NCBI RefSeq assembly: GCF_006345805.1
Contig: NC_043001.1
Location: 116,188,001-116,252,000, forward strand
DNA length: 64,000 bases
DNA from: Octopus sinensis
Lineage: Eukaryota
Reading direction: 5' to 3'
Of this stretch, positions 38,532 through 51,200 are shown in pieces. The notes below the pieces were generated by a model. That model did not search any database. It saw nothing but the letters and a program-made list of their open reading frames with translations, and was not told the origin of the DNA. A program made the position numbers and the translations under genes. Each line of letters starts with the position of its first letter. Positions within the stretch are counted from its first letter, which is position 1.

Positions 38532-38591
38532 TTATTTACATTTGACGGATATTTGTCCTCATCTTGACAAATATCCGTCAAATGTAAATAA
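38532..38591. repeat. Perfect hairpin, 26-bp stem and 8-nt loop
   Basis: ttatttacatttgacggatatttgtc-ctcatctt-gacaaatatccgtcaaatgtaaataa. Confidence 0.93.
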
Positions 38592-40190
38592 GGTAAATAA
38601 TGTAAATAATTCCTCATCTCTTAAATATAGAAATGTATGATGCAGTCTTCCTGACACAAGAGGTCTCCAACAAAAGCCAATCAAGGACCGCCCCCATCCA
38701 CCATATAAACTAAGGATCACCCTGACTAATGAGGGCATAAGCCTTCACCTTGCTGTTGTTCTCCACATGGTTGTAGTAATTTCTAACACAGGCACAAAAC
38801 AGAAAACTATTTGTTGGGAGGGGAATAATTGATTAAATGGATTCCCGACAGTAAGAACCGCCAAAACCAAAGTTCTGAATATTTGCAAAAACGCAAAACT
38901 GCACCCAGTTGTGCAGTGAAATTATGCAATAGAAATAATATTGAAATGATGGTGATGATGATGATGATGATGGTGATGATGGTGGTGGTGATGATGATGA
39001 TGATGATAGTGATGATGATAGTGATGATGGTGATGGTGATGGTGATGATGATGATGATATAAAAATGTTTTCTACTACCGCCACCACCAATTCTCCTTCA
39101 AAATGAAGATATCTTGAGATTGCTATTTTGGATTAGGTTAGCTTCTTATCAATATAACTCCAGTCACGGAGTATTTATAGACTGAACAAGTGTTTCACAG
39201 AAGAAATGCCAAAATATACTCCTGAATCAGGAAGTGATACTACTTAATCGCAATCAAACACAAAGAAATGAGAAAAAAAAAAATAAATAACGAGAATACT
39301 TTAAAATAAAATAAAGATTTCTCTCTTTTTCTCACTCCCCTCCCCCTCTCTCTTTCTCACTGCAAAAAAAAAAAAAAGAGGATAAAAATGATCAGCACTG
39401 ATCTTGCAGACATAATATAATCAAAAACCATTCTCTTAGTTTATTTCTAGCTAAGTGTGTCTAGAACTCCATTACCCAAAGTCTACCTAGTCTTTTTCTT
39501 TTTAAGATTGAAGGGTGTTATTTGAAGGAAATTTGACTGCTACTTTCAATATGTCAAGCTATCAACATAAAGGCTCCCATATCAGTTTGGTTAATACTGA
39601 TGGTGCTGTTGGTGGTGGAAATGTTTAACTCCAGGTTTTGATCTAATAAACTTATAATCAAATGTGTTGTAGTTATGACTATCCCATTTTATTTGTCTTT
39701 TTTTTTTCAAGTGGTTTATCAAGTGCTACATTACCAAATGTGTCTTTCCACTTTTTATTTTTGAGAAGGCATGGTGTGATTTGGAGGAGATTTAGCTGCT
39801 ATTTCTAATAATTCTGGCAATAGTAAAGTTATTTTCTCATTGGGTTGTGAAAATATAGCTGTTTTTTCTTGTTTAGCCCTAGGTCATCTTTGATCTAGCA
39901 CATTTATAATTCAAAGCGTTCCATTTATGGCCATCCCATATTTTTAGGAGTATCTAAGATTGCATTACCCAATATGTTTTTCTTTGTTTAAGACAGTGCC
40001 AAGTTTGATCTGAGAGAGATTTGGCCATTATTTCTAGTAGGGAATGAAAAGTTTCAGAAGGAAAATACACTCAACTAAGATATCAATGAAGAAAGAGAAG
40101 TTCAGGAATAGAACAACATTGGAGAAATCACCTCGGAGTGTGTAGGGTGTCACTAAGTAGGATCACAATACGTATAACCAACATCTTTGT

Positions 40191-40286
40191 GAAGATATAT
40201 CAGTCATAGATAAATAGTCGGGGAAGATATATCAGTCATAGATAAATAGTCGGGGAAGATATATCAGTCATAGATAAATAGTCGGG
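40191..40286 (+). repeat. Exact 32-bp tandem triplication
   Basis: gaagatatatcagtcatagataaatagtcggg x3 (starts 40191, 40223, 40255), no spacers. Confidence 0.95.
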
Positions 40287-40584
40287 GAAACTTAGTGAAC
40301 AACAAGGAAGTCACCTTCAAGTATATTGGTGCTGATTAATTAGGGTTTTAACCTTGTGTAAGTAATATATGGAATTAGACAGCTTACAAGGCATAAGAGC
40401 TTATATGATGTATTTCAATTTTGACAGATCCTTTCCTGAACCACCACTTGCCAGTAATCCAATTTTTAATCTTGTATTTATAAGAAATAGATTGATGTTC
40501 TGGGGCATTTGGAGATGGGGAGATTGGTGAAAATTGTGGGTTGTATAAGCCATGAAATATGTTAATCATAGAGATATACAATAA

Positions 40585-41100
40585 TTATATAATTTGACAG
40601 CCATGTTCCATGCTGAGAATGTGTTGAACAATTTGACAGCATTCAATAGTTCCAAGGACTATACCAGGCTGCACCAGCTACTCTGGCATGGTTTCTGTGG
40701 CTAGATGCCCTTCATAATGCCAAACATAATGCCAAACACTACAAGTGAGGTTGCCTTGCAGCTTCCAAAACAACAAACCCCGAGAGAGGCTACTTTATAC
40801 TAGGAGTTGAGGGGTTAAAGTTTGAGAGAGGAAACCAGAGCAGAACAGGTTTTATGTCGCAGAGGGGCTTTAACGATTACTCTCATTTTAGAAAAAAGGA
40901 TGAATGGGTGATCAGGGTAGAGTAGGGAAGAGATGAAATAGTGGTGATGAGGTGTCTATGTGAACCCTCAAGGTATGAAGTGAGTAGAAGTGAAAGGAGG
41001 AAGAAGAACTGGGAGTGTGAATGGGTAGTGGTTGCAAGAGTATGTTTGAGAGTGGGAGATGAGGAGCAGGTGAGGGGGAAAATATGATGAATGAAGAACA
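40585..41100 (-). mobile_element. Diverged family A tail plus possible decayed CR1/L2-like LINE 3' piece
   Basis: gatgcccttcataatgccaa motif; the adjacent minus-strand translation weakly resembles LINE C-termini. Confidence 0.35.
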
Positions 41101-41267
41101 AGTGTGTGTGTGTGTGAAGGGGTGGATGATAAGTGGTGGAAGTTGGTGGCACCTATAAAGATTGGAAAAGGTTGAGGGGTGGATGTAATGAGTAGTGGAT
41201 CAGAGAGGGTGTGACCAATGATGCATAGGTGTAAAAGTAGTAAAACAGTAATAATAATGACGTAGAC

Positions 41268-41526
41268 CAGTGGTTCTCAACTGGGGGTCCATATGACTCT
41301 TGGTGGTCCATATAAGACTTGTTGTTAAAATGTGTATGTGCAATAATTAGGTTAGACTTCTACAATACACAAAATGTTTTAACAATTTTTGTTATTCAAT
41401 TCTTCATAATATTATATTATTAAAATACTGTAGGATTTTTCTAAATGTTAAAAGGTTATAAGGGTCCACCTGAGTAAAATAGCAATCAAAGGGGTCCATT
41501 GATTAAAAAATGGTTGAGAACCACTG
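41268..41526. mobile_element. hAT (Charlie-type) MITE
   Basis: 14-bp TIRs cagtggttctcaac / gttgagaaccactg; TSD not preserved. Confidence 0.8.
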
Positions 41527-42439
41527 ATGAGAGAGAGAAAGAGAGAGACCTACAAAAAGCAGACAGACAGACAGAGACAGACATAGTAAGTATGAGCCTT
41601 ATTATTTGAAGGCAAAGTTGACTTTATCAGGATTTGAAATCGGAACAGAGAATTGGAATAGATACATTAAAGCATTCTGTTAGATACATCAATAATTCTA
41701 ATGAAGTTAGCTTACTGTCTCTCACACATGTGGTGTTAATAGTAGAGAGGGTAATTATAACAGTACTCTTGAGAGTATGTTGGCCAACTCAGTTAAATTT
41801 TGTTATAAATAGCAGAAATACTGTATTGAATCTGTCTTCACAAATGAAGTTTATAATAAACTTGAAAAATTAAAAATAATATCACAAGAATGGAAATGAA
41901 TTCTGACAGTTTCTGCCAGCTTTGAATATTGTAATTGCACAAAAAAGTTAAAATATTTTCTATTTCTGGATCAATATATTCAGTGTAAATTGTCCTACAT
42001 AGCTGGAATTCTGAAGAGGAAAAAAATCTTGATCTTCTGTCATTGATGAGAATGTAGAAACTAAATTACCTTTCATCAAGAAATTTTAAAACTTATTTGC
42101 ATTATTGGATTGATTTGGGGGTTTTGCTTTTCTTTCTTTTTTTTCTTTTTTTTTTCTTGATGAGTTTCCAGATTTTCACACATTTTCACATATTTTAAAA
42201 AAATAAAAGAAACTATAGAAAAAGTGTTGAAATCTAAATATTTATATCCAGCTTGAATATATATTTTTTGTATAATAAAGGTTGTACTTAATTACTGGTA
42301 ACATGTGAGGAGTTAAGTTATTTAACTTACAACGCAAGTGATGAAAATGAATTTTAAAAAAATCAATTTGGATACTAATATTGCAGACAGATTACTTTGG
42401 TTAATATAGCCCTTGAAATATATATATATTATTTGTTTC

Positions 42440-42790
42440 AACCCTGCTGGGGCACCACCTTGAAGATTTTAGTGAGATGAATCAACCCTAGTGCTTATTT
42501 TCTGTTTAAAAAACTGGTACTAATTCTATCAATCTCTTTTGCTGAACTGCTGTTACAGGGACATAAACAAAACAACACCAGTTCTCAACTGGTGGGGGTA
42601 GGACAAACACATACTCAAAGACACATACACACAGGTGTATACTTATATATATGACTGGCATCTTTCACTCACAAGGATTTGGTCTGCCCAGGGCTATAGT
42701 AGAAGACACTTGCCCAAGGTGCCAAGCAGTAAGATTCAATCCAGAACCAAGAAGCTGGGAAGCAGACTTCTTACCACATAGCCATGCTTG
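42440..42790 (-). mobile_element. Family B SINE, diverged
   Basis: gctatagtagaagacacttgcccaaggtgcc...cttaccacatagcc. Confidence 0.78.
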
Positions 42791-43078
42791 CATCTCTATC
42801 TAGAAAGATTGATGGGCATGGCTGGAACACCTTTGTTCATAGGATAACCTGATTAGGATTGACTTGAGATTAAACAACAATACTAATATCAATAGAATAG
42901 AGAAGCTAAAACAGCACTAAATGAGGTTAAGTCCAATTTACTGGATGGATAGAATGTAAACACAAAATAATCAACATCAATTAGCCTAATTATCTATATT
43001 TCCCGCTGCATTTCTTTTTGAATGTTAGAGTCTCTAATTATTTTCAGTTACATTTCTGTAAATAATAACTTCTAGCAT

Positions 43079-43488
43079 AGGCGCAGGAGTGGCTATGTGG
43101 TAAGTAGATTACTTACCAGCCACATGGTTCCGGGTTCAGTCCCACTGCATGGCACTTTGGGCAAGTGTCTTCTACTATAGCCTCGAGTCGACCAATGCCT
43201 TGTGAGTGGATTCAGCAGACGGAAACTGAAAGTAGCCCATCATATATATGTATGTATGTGTGTGTATATGTTTGTTTGTCTGTGTTTGTCCCCCACCACC
43301 ACCTTCACTTGACAACCGATACTGGTGTGTTTATGTCCGCGTAACTTAGTGGTTCGGCAAAAAGAGACCGATAGAATAAGTACTAGGCTTACAAAGAATA
43401 AGTCCTGGGGTCGATTTGCTCGACTAAAGGTGGTGCTCCAGCATGGCCACAGTCAAATGACTGAAACAAGTAAAAGAGTAAAAGAGTA
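43079..43488 (+). mobile_element. Family B SINE, full length
   Basis: Aligns by eye along its whole length to 11442-11864. Confidence 0.92.
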
Positions 43489-44082
43489 TAGGCATACTAC
43501 CACAAATTGGGGTGGTGTGGGAACAGTTAATAGTTAATTAAATTCCCCCCGCCCTTCCCCGTGTACGTATCTAGTATATTTATCAGCCCCTAAAGAATGA
43601 AAGGAAAAGCTAATCTTGGTACAATCTGAACTCAGAACAAAGGGGGACTTAGCAAAATACTACAAGACATTTTGTCTTGTGGTATTCTGATACTCTCTCA
43701 TTTCTGCTAATCTACAAATCTTAAATAAATGTGCATAATTTTTAGACTAGAACAGAACACATGAATATATATTTGTTTCCACAAGGTTCAATATTTTTAT
43801 TCCACAATAAGAGCAAGAACTGGAAAGACAGAATGGAGTGTAAGATATTCAAATAAAAAAAAAATATGTAACTTGGGACAAGAGACATTAGCCAGTCTAT
43901 TTGACATGGTTGATTGAATTTTTATAAAAGTGTAAGGCATTGTAGGAGAGAGATAAAGATAAATCAAGATGATTCATATTAATCAGACATTAAAAAGTTT
44001 AGTCTCATAGTGGAAATGACACAGGATCAGAGGACATCATACCATTTCATAAATCATCCATTCCTTTCTAAATACACACACA

Positions 44083-44135
<53 letters not shown>

Positions 44136-44269
44136 TTAGATAGAAAGATGGATGATTTATAAAATATGGATTGATGACTAATATATGCACATATTCAAAA
44201 ACAAACAGGATTTTATTTGTGAATGTGTGTGTAAGCACACATGTGTACAAAACTTTATAAGTAGCACCA

Positions 44270-44331
<62 letters not shown>

Positions 44332-44484
44332 TGTGTGTGTCAAAACATCTGTATCCGGATCTGCAAATCCTGGACAGGCCTGAATTCCTAGAGGAAACAT
44401 CATGCCAGAACATCAGACTTAGAATACTGTGTAGCAGCATCATACTGAACCCTCATTTATCAAAGCAATCAAAGAATACAATCC

Positions 44485-44519
<35 letters not shown>

Positions 44520-44595
44520 CATACATGTTTGTAGTTCTACTTTGCCAAGGACTTTTCAACCCACAAGTAAATGCATGTAGTACACTCTATAAAGT

Positions 44596-44845
44596 GGAGG
44601 TGCGTGGCTTAGTGGTTAGGGTGTCAGCATCATGATCGTAAGATTGTGGTTTCGATTCCTGGACCGGGCGACACATTGTGTTCTTGAGCAAAACACTTCA
44701 TTTCACGTTGCTCCAGTCCACTCAGCTGGCAAAAATGAGTAACACTGCAATGGACTGGCGCCCCATCCAGCTGGGGAACACATACGCCATAGAAACCAGG
44801 AAACTGGATCCATGAGCCTGACTAGGCTTTAAAAGGGCGCATTTA
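44596..44845 (+). mobile_element. Family E SINE (tRNA head, CORE-like segment, V-like tail); left monomer of a dimer
   Basis: A box tggcttagtgg and B box gtttcgattcc. Core shared with family F, tail shared with family D. Confidence 0.85.
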
Positions 44846-45147
44846 GGAGGCACATGGCCTAGTGGTTAGAGCATTGGACCTTGCGGTCGAGGGACTGCAG
44901 GTTCGAACCTCAGATCAGGCGATGTGTGTGTTTATGAGCGAAACACCTAAGCTCCACGTGGCACTGGCAGAAGGTAATGGCGAACTTCTGCTGACTCTTT
45001 CACCAACTTTCTCTCACTCTTTCCTCCTGCATCTTGCAGCTCACCTGCGACGGACCGGCGTCCCATCCAGGTGGGGAACCTATATGCCAAGGAAAACAGG
45101 AAACCGGCCCTTATGAACCAGGCATGGCTCAAGAAGGAACAACAACA
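44846..45147 (+). mobile_element. Family D SINE; right monomer of the dimer
   Basis: Reverse-complement homologue of 6294-6592, with an (aac)n tail. Confidence 0.9.
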
Positions 45148-45445
45148 ACTCTATAAAGTAGTTAGTGAGAAGAAGGGCATCCAGTTATAGAAGCCAAGAC
45201 AGAATACTTTGCATGAACAATCTGAGAACAAGAGTCCCCAATAAGAAATGAATTAGACCTTGACAACCTGTCCAACCCATGGTAAGATGGAACGGCAGAC
45301 ACAAGATGATGATGATGATATGTTGATGTAGGCAGCGTTATATGGTTCAGAAATTTGTTTGGCAACAAAATGGTTTCAGGCTTGATTCCATTGTGCAGTG
45401 CCTTGGATAAGTGTGTTCTGCTATAAGTCTTGGGCTGACCTGCCT

Positions 45446-45613
45446 TCATCATCATCATCATCATCGTTTAACGTCCGTTTTCCGTGCTAGCATGGGTTGG
45501 ACGGTTCGACCGGGGTCTGGGAAGCCAGGGGCTGCACCAGGCTCCAGTCTGATCTGGCAGAGTTTCTACAGCTGGATGCCCTTCCTAACGCCAACCACTC
45601 CGCGAGTGTAGTG
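45446..45613 (-). mobile_element. Family A repeat nested in a diverged family B SINE
   Basis: Family B-like sequence on both sides (about 45330-45445 and 45620-45680). Confidence 0.82.
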
Positions 45614-46215
45614 AATAAACTTGTGAATAAAATTTGGTTAATGGGAACTGTATAGAAGTCTGTCATGTGTATGTGTGTGTGTGTTTGTAAACATGGCTAT
45701 CACTTACAAGGCCATGCTCTTGCCAATATATAGAAACCTACAACTGCAAAGCTGTAGTGCTGTGACCAGACATAAATGCATTCTCCAGGTCAGCCTTGAC
45801 CAAGGCCGTGAAAGCTGGAAGGAGAGAAGACTGCATCAACAGTCAATTGGTAAGTATTTCAATTAAGTAAACTGGAGCAACATCAAGTGAAGTGCTTTGC
45901 TCAAGTATATAACATTCTGCCAGGTCCAATAATTGAAATCACATTACAATTGTCAGCCCTAGCCACAAAGCCACATGCACTGTATGTGCTTATGATCTGT
46001 GCATCATAATTAACACATGCAGCATTAGTTCTACATGTGAGCATGTAGGATGAAAATACCTAGTATGAAAATTGAAGGGTTTGTATTAGGAAGAGCTTGA
46101 AAAAGCAATATGGTGAAAATGTCAGTTAAACGACATCCTATAATTTAATGAGCCTGAGAGAAAGAGGGATCACCATATTGTATGTAATAACAAGAAAATA
46201 GGAATTCGCAAGACA

Positions 46216-46605
46216 TCATCATCATCATCATCATTATCATCGTTTAACGTCCGCATGGGTTGGACAATTTGACAGAGGGCTGGCGAACCAGATGGCTGCA
46301 CCAGGCTCCAATCTTGATCTGGCAGAGTTTCTACAGCTGGATGACCTTCCTAACGACAACCACACTGAGAGTGTAGTGGGTACTTTTATGTGCCACTGGC
46401 ATAGGGGCCAATAAGGCAGTACTGACAACGACCTCGCTTGAATGTTTTTAGATGTGCCACCAACACAAGTGCCAGTAAGGTGACGCTGGTAACGATCACA
46501 CTCAAATGATGCCTTTTATGTGCCACCGGCATGGAAGCCAGTTAGCCGCTCTGGCAACGATCACGCTCAGATGGTGCTCTTAGCACCCTACTAGCATGGG
46601 GCACA
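46216..46605 (-). mobile_element. Family A repeat
   Basis: Highly similar to 23234-23535 and 32391-33055. Confidence 0.88.
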
Positions 46606-47179
46606 ATACCGGTCTAAGACTGGAGAGACACTGAGTGGCACGAATTTAGAATGCTTCGCTTTATATATGGGATGAACCAGAAGTCCCCATCTTCCACATC
46701 AACTGGAAGCTTCTAGACTGTTCGAGAACTTTCTAGAAGGTTGAGGGAGATTACTCTCGTTAAATCCCTTTTCCGTTTTGCTTTCCTGCTTGACCACCAG
46801 GGTTCACTACAGCAAGCTTAAGAATGATAATGATATAGCTTACAAAACTTTATAGTTTCTTGAAAAGTGTGTGTGTGTGTGATGAAAACAGTGAGTCTAG
46901 TGAAAGTATCATTTCATTTGAGAACACATTATTAGCCTTAACATGTTTCCCAGAACAAGTAACCCCAGGTGGGTATATTATAACTTAATTTTATTATCAG
47001 CTAAGCTATGATATGTAATCTTTGCAGTTGCAGATTTAACTCTGCTTGAAAAGTAGTAAACACACACCCACATGCATACATTCACACACACACACATAAC
47101 TGGTATTTAATCGTTGATAGACATGCCCCAGTCTCTGCTTTCTGTGCTGCTAGTGTAATGGTGTTTGTTCTTCAGAGCA

Positions 47180-47400
47180 AGTTGGTCTTCCACAACCCAC
47201 ACTCAAGCACTCTTGAACTTATTTGCCTTGCTCTTCTCTCATTACCCACGTTGTGTCCAATTCCACCAGATTCCACTCTAACAATGCTAATCTTTCCTCC
47301 CCATAATAATAAACTCTCTGGAACCCACTCCTTATCCATGTCTTTTCTGTAGGTGTCAACTTGCAGTAGTTTAAGCAGAACATTAAGGACATAGATCTCA
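47180..47400 (+). mobile_element. Decayed CR1/L2-clade LINE 3' fragment
   Basis: Translation ...TLWNPLLIHVFSVGVNLQ*FKQNIKDIDL resembles the 'LWNxLPxxVFPxxxNLxxFKxxI' C-terminus of such LINEs. Confidence 0.45.
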
Positions 47401-47490
47401 CTGGCCTTGGAGGGCATGTGAAGGCCTAGCAAGTAAGACACGCACACACAAGCATGCATGCACACACAGACATGCACACACACACACACA

Positions 47491-47533
<43 letters not shown>

Positions 47534-47602
47534 TCACACACACACACATATACTCATATCATTCGTTCATTGCTTTTTCCATACTAGATAGCATGGGTTA
47601 GA

Positions 47603-47640
<38 letters not shown>

Positions 47641-48069
47641 TATATTAGTGAAGTATTGTTAACTCTTACTTGTTATTCAAGTAAAAGAGTTTTCATTCTA
47701 CAGGTGCCCGGAAATGACATCGTATAACAATGTCTCTGGTGCAGTACAGCACAGAATGTAAATATCCACATGCATGCACACACACACACACATAATACAT
47801 GCACACACACAAATACATGCACTTACAAATTTAAATAAGTAACCACATGTTGAAAATTAATACTAATGCATCCAAAGCCAGGAATGCTGCTGCTGCTAAT
47901 GATGATGGTGATGATGATGATGTTTTAATATTGAGTATATAAGGAGTGGTTTACAACTCATAAAGCATCAATCGACACTATATAAGTGTGGGGTGGGGTG
48001 GGGGAGTAAAAGATGATGAGTATTCATTCTACAATGGTGTACTTTACATAACATAAAACAAACAAACTA

Positions 48070-48104
<35 letters not shown>

Positions 48105-49299
48105 ATTATTTCTCGTACACACACACACACCCAACAAGTTGATATGAACCTCTATGTGGACACTCAAACTTCTAGAAAGAGCAGCCACTTCTCCCTTAAA
48201 TCACATGGCTCAGTCTTCTCACATGAAGGACACACAATGTATTTGAAAAAAATATGGGCTGATCACAGCCAGAACACAGGTCTAATTGCATCAAGACTTA
48301 CCTAGGGCTAAACAACAACAATATATATAAAATTTTAAAACATGGGCGCCTAAGTGAGGTCACTCATGCTGCTAGAAATATCAACCAAATCTTTCTCTCA
48401 AGTCACACTTTAATATGACATACTCATTGCATCTTTTTCTGAAATACAACATACAATCTTTAAATGAAAAAGCCTCTACAATAGAAACCACATCTAGAAA
48501 TTTCATTGTAATGTAGAGAAAGGATACCATGTAGTTGTTGATACAGACTGATGTGATGGTCATGGCTGGAATGATTTTGATGACAGATTTGTTCAGTTAG
48601 GACTGACCTGGTCTAAACAAGTTACATACATAAATGCCTTCTCTTCTCCCTTCTGTCTGTCTGTCTGTCTCTCAATATATATTTATCTATGTGTGTGTGT
48701 AGAGAGAGACAGACAGACAGATGGACGAACAGACAGATGGGGAGAGACAGACAGATAGACAGACGGGGAGAGAGACAGACATACATAGATACATATAGGC
48801 ATACATGACACATATACATAGCACAAATTTAACCAGCACATACCTGCATATTAGGACACATATATTTACACACACACACCTACACAAACACACACACACA
48901 CACACACACACAACTGCAATAACGACAGCAACAATAACAATCTGAGCCTTCGTTACATGTGGTGCCTCAATCAATTAAGCAACCCTCTAGGCTGCTCTGC
49001 CCTCAGCATTCCCACCATTACACCATCCAAATATTCAAATTAGATGCCTCTAGAACATCTGATACCCATATTGATGAAGTGACAGAAGATCACAGGGGAT
49101 TAATCACATCATGCCCCTCTCCCCCCTCATTGCTACACCCTTCTCACCATCCACCTCCCACAATCTTTAGCATACCCGCTACCACTTCATTTTCCTTCAC
49201 CTCCTCCATCTTCAGGCCTGTTACTGAGCAACAGCAATAAATTCTACAGATCGAAATCGATTCCTGATTTAAGGCATGGCATCACATGGTATGTAAGGG

Positions 49300-50020
49300 G
49301 CGTTTTCTGAGATTATATATGAGCTTGGGTATGGTGTATATTCTGGGGTATGCTTGGTAAGTAGTGTGAGATATGTATGGCATTTATTTGGGTATATCTA
49401 GGTATGTATGGTATGTTATCTGAGGTATGCATAATATGTTATCTGGAGCATGATAGCATGTGACTTGGGATGTAATGGTATGTCATCCGAAGTCATTATC
49501 ATCAGCATCATCATCATTTAACATCCGTTGTCCATGCTGGTATGGTGTATGGTATATTATCTGGGATAAGTATGGTATATTTAGAGTATGTATGATATAT
49601 TACCTGGGAGAATGTATGGCATGTTATTTGGAATATGTATTGTACGTTACCTGGGGTATGTATGGCACGTTACCTGGAGTATGATGATATGTTAGCTGGA
49701 GTGTGTAAGGAATGTTGTCCATCAAGGACTGGACGGTTCACAACACCATGACCCCGTGACCCTGCTATGCATGACAGAGAACAGAGATAGCTTGAATGCA
49801 AAAGCATCTAGAGTGGCACCCCGCCCCGGATGCCTGGCTGCACCATTTAAGAGTACTTGATGATGATAATGATGAGGATGATGAGGATGGTGGTGGTGGT
49901 GGTGGTACGTTATTCGGGGATATTTATGGAATGTATGATACCTGGGTTATGTATGGTGTGTTATCTGGGGTATACATTATCCAAGTCAGATAGAAGCACC
50001 ATGATGTGATACAGTTCACT
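49300..50020 (+). repeat. Degenerate minisatellite of about 22-24 bp, interrupted by RTE-like tail fragments
   Basis: Recurrent ggtatgtatggtatgttatctg(g/a)g-like units. Confidence 0.7.
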
Positions 50021-50074
50021 TAGAGTAATCTCAAAGACTTAGAGATGAAGCAAGCGACAAAAGTTGGTTTGCTA

Positions 50075-51200
50075 ACTATTGTTGCTGTTGTTGTTGTTGC
50101 AGTGGTGGTGGTGGTGGTGGTGGAGTGATTTATGCTTCAAGGATTGTGGAGTAATATTGGCTGTAGTGGTGGTGTCGGTTGTGGTGATAGTGGTTTATGG
50201 CGCATGGTCCCGGTGTTGTTATGACAGTGGTATGTGTATGAAAGAATTTGATTTAGTTTTCTCCTGCAACGACGTTCATAGTGGCATAGTGGTTGTTGTA
50301 GTAAGAGTAGTGGTAGTGGTAGTGGTGGTGATAGTAGTGATTCATACTCCCTTGTTGGATGGTAGTTCAGGTAGTGGTATTGGTGGTGTTGTTCATACAT
50401 CGGATGGTGGTTATTTATGCTAGCTGTAGTAGTACTAAAGGTGAGGATGGTAGTTGTTGAGGTGGCGGTGGTGGTGTTGTTGTTGTTGGTGGTGGTGGTG
50501 GTGGTGGTGGTGTGATTCATGCTCTTATGATAGTGCTTGTGATTCACACTCCTTGTGGTACTTATTTATGATAGGTACAACAGTAATGGTGATGGTGGCA
50601 GCGGTAGTAATGGCAAAGGAAATATTAATTAAGATTCTGGAGAGAAGAACAGAATATGTAGTGATTTTGATAATGGTATTGGTGGTAGTGGTGATGATGA
50701 TAGTAAATGGTGTGCTAGTGGTAATGATAGTAGTGGTAATGGTATGGTGGTGGTGGTGGTGATGTTAATGGTGATGGTGGTGGTGGAGGTGGTAATGATG
50801 GTAATGGTGGTAGTGGTGATGATAGTAAATGGTGTGGTAGTGGTAATGATAGTAGTGGTAATGGTATGGTGGTGGTGGTGGTGGTGGTGATGTTAATGGT
50901 GATGGTGGTGGTGGAGGTGGTAATGATGGTAATGGTGGTAGTGGTGATGATGATAGTAAATGGTGTGGTAGTGGTAATGATAGTAGTGGTAATGGTATGG
51001 TGGTGGTGGTGATGGTGATGGTAATGGTGGTGGTGGTGGTGGTGGTAATTGTGATAGTGATGATGGTGGTGGTGGTGGTGGTGGTAATGTTAGTGATGAT
51101 GATAGTGGTGATAATTGTGGTGGTGATGTTGGTGGTGGTGTTGTTGCTGTTGTTGGCGGTGGTGGTGGTGATAATGGTGGTGGGTGGCAACAGTAGTGAA
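50075..51200 (+). repeat. (GGT/GAT/AGT)n field with an internal higher-order repeat of about 125 bp
   Basis: tagtaaatggtgtg anchors at 50701, 50823 and 50954. Confidence 0.85.

Noticed and set aside
40191-40286. CRISPR-like 32-bp direct repeats
   Set aside because: No spacers, eukaryotic context and no cas genes.
48835-48860. Possible recursive-splice site (atgcag|gtatgt, minus strand)
   Set aside because: No real polypyrimidine tract; cannot be supported without nascent RNA data.
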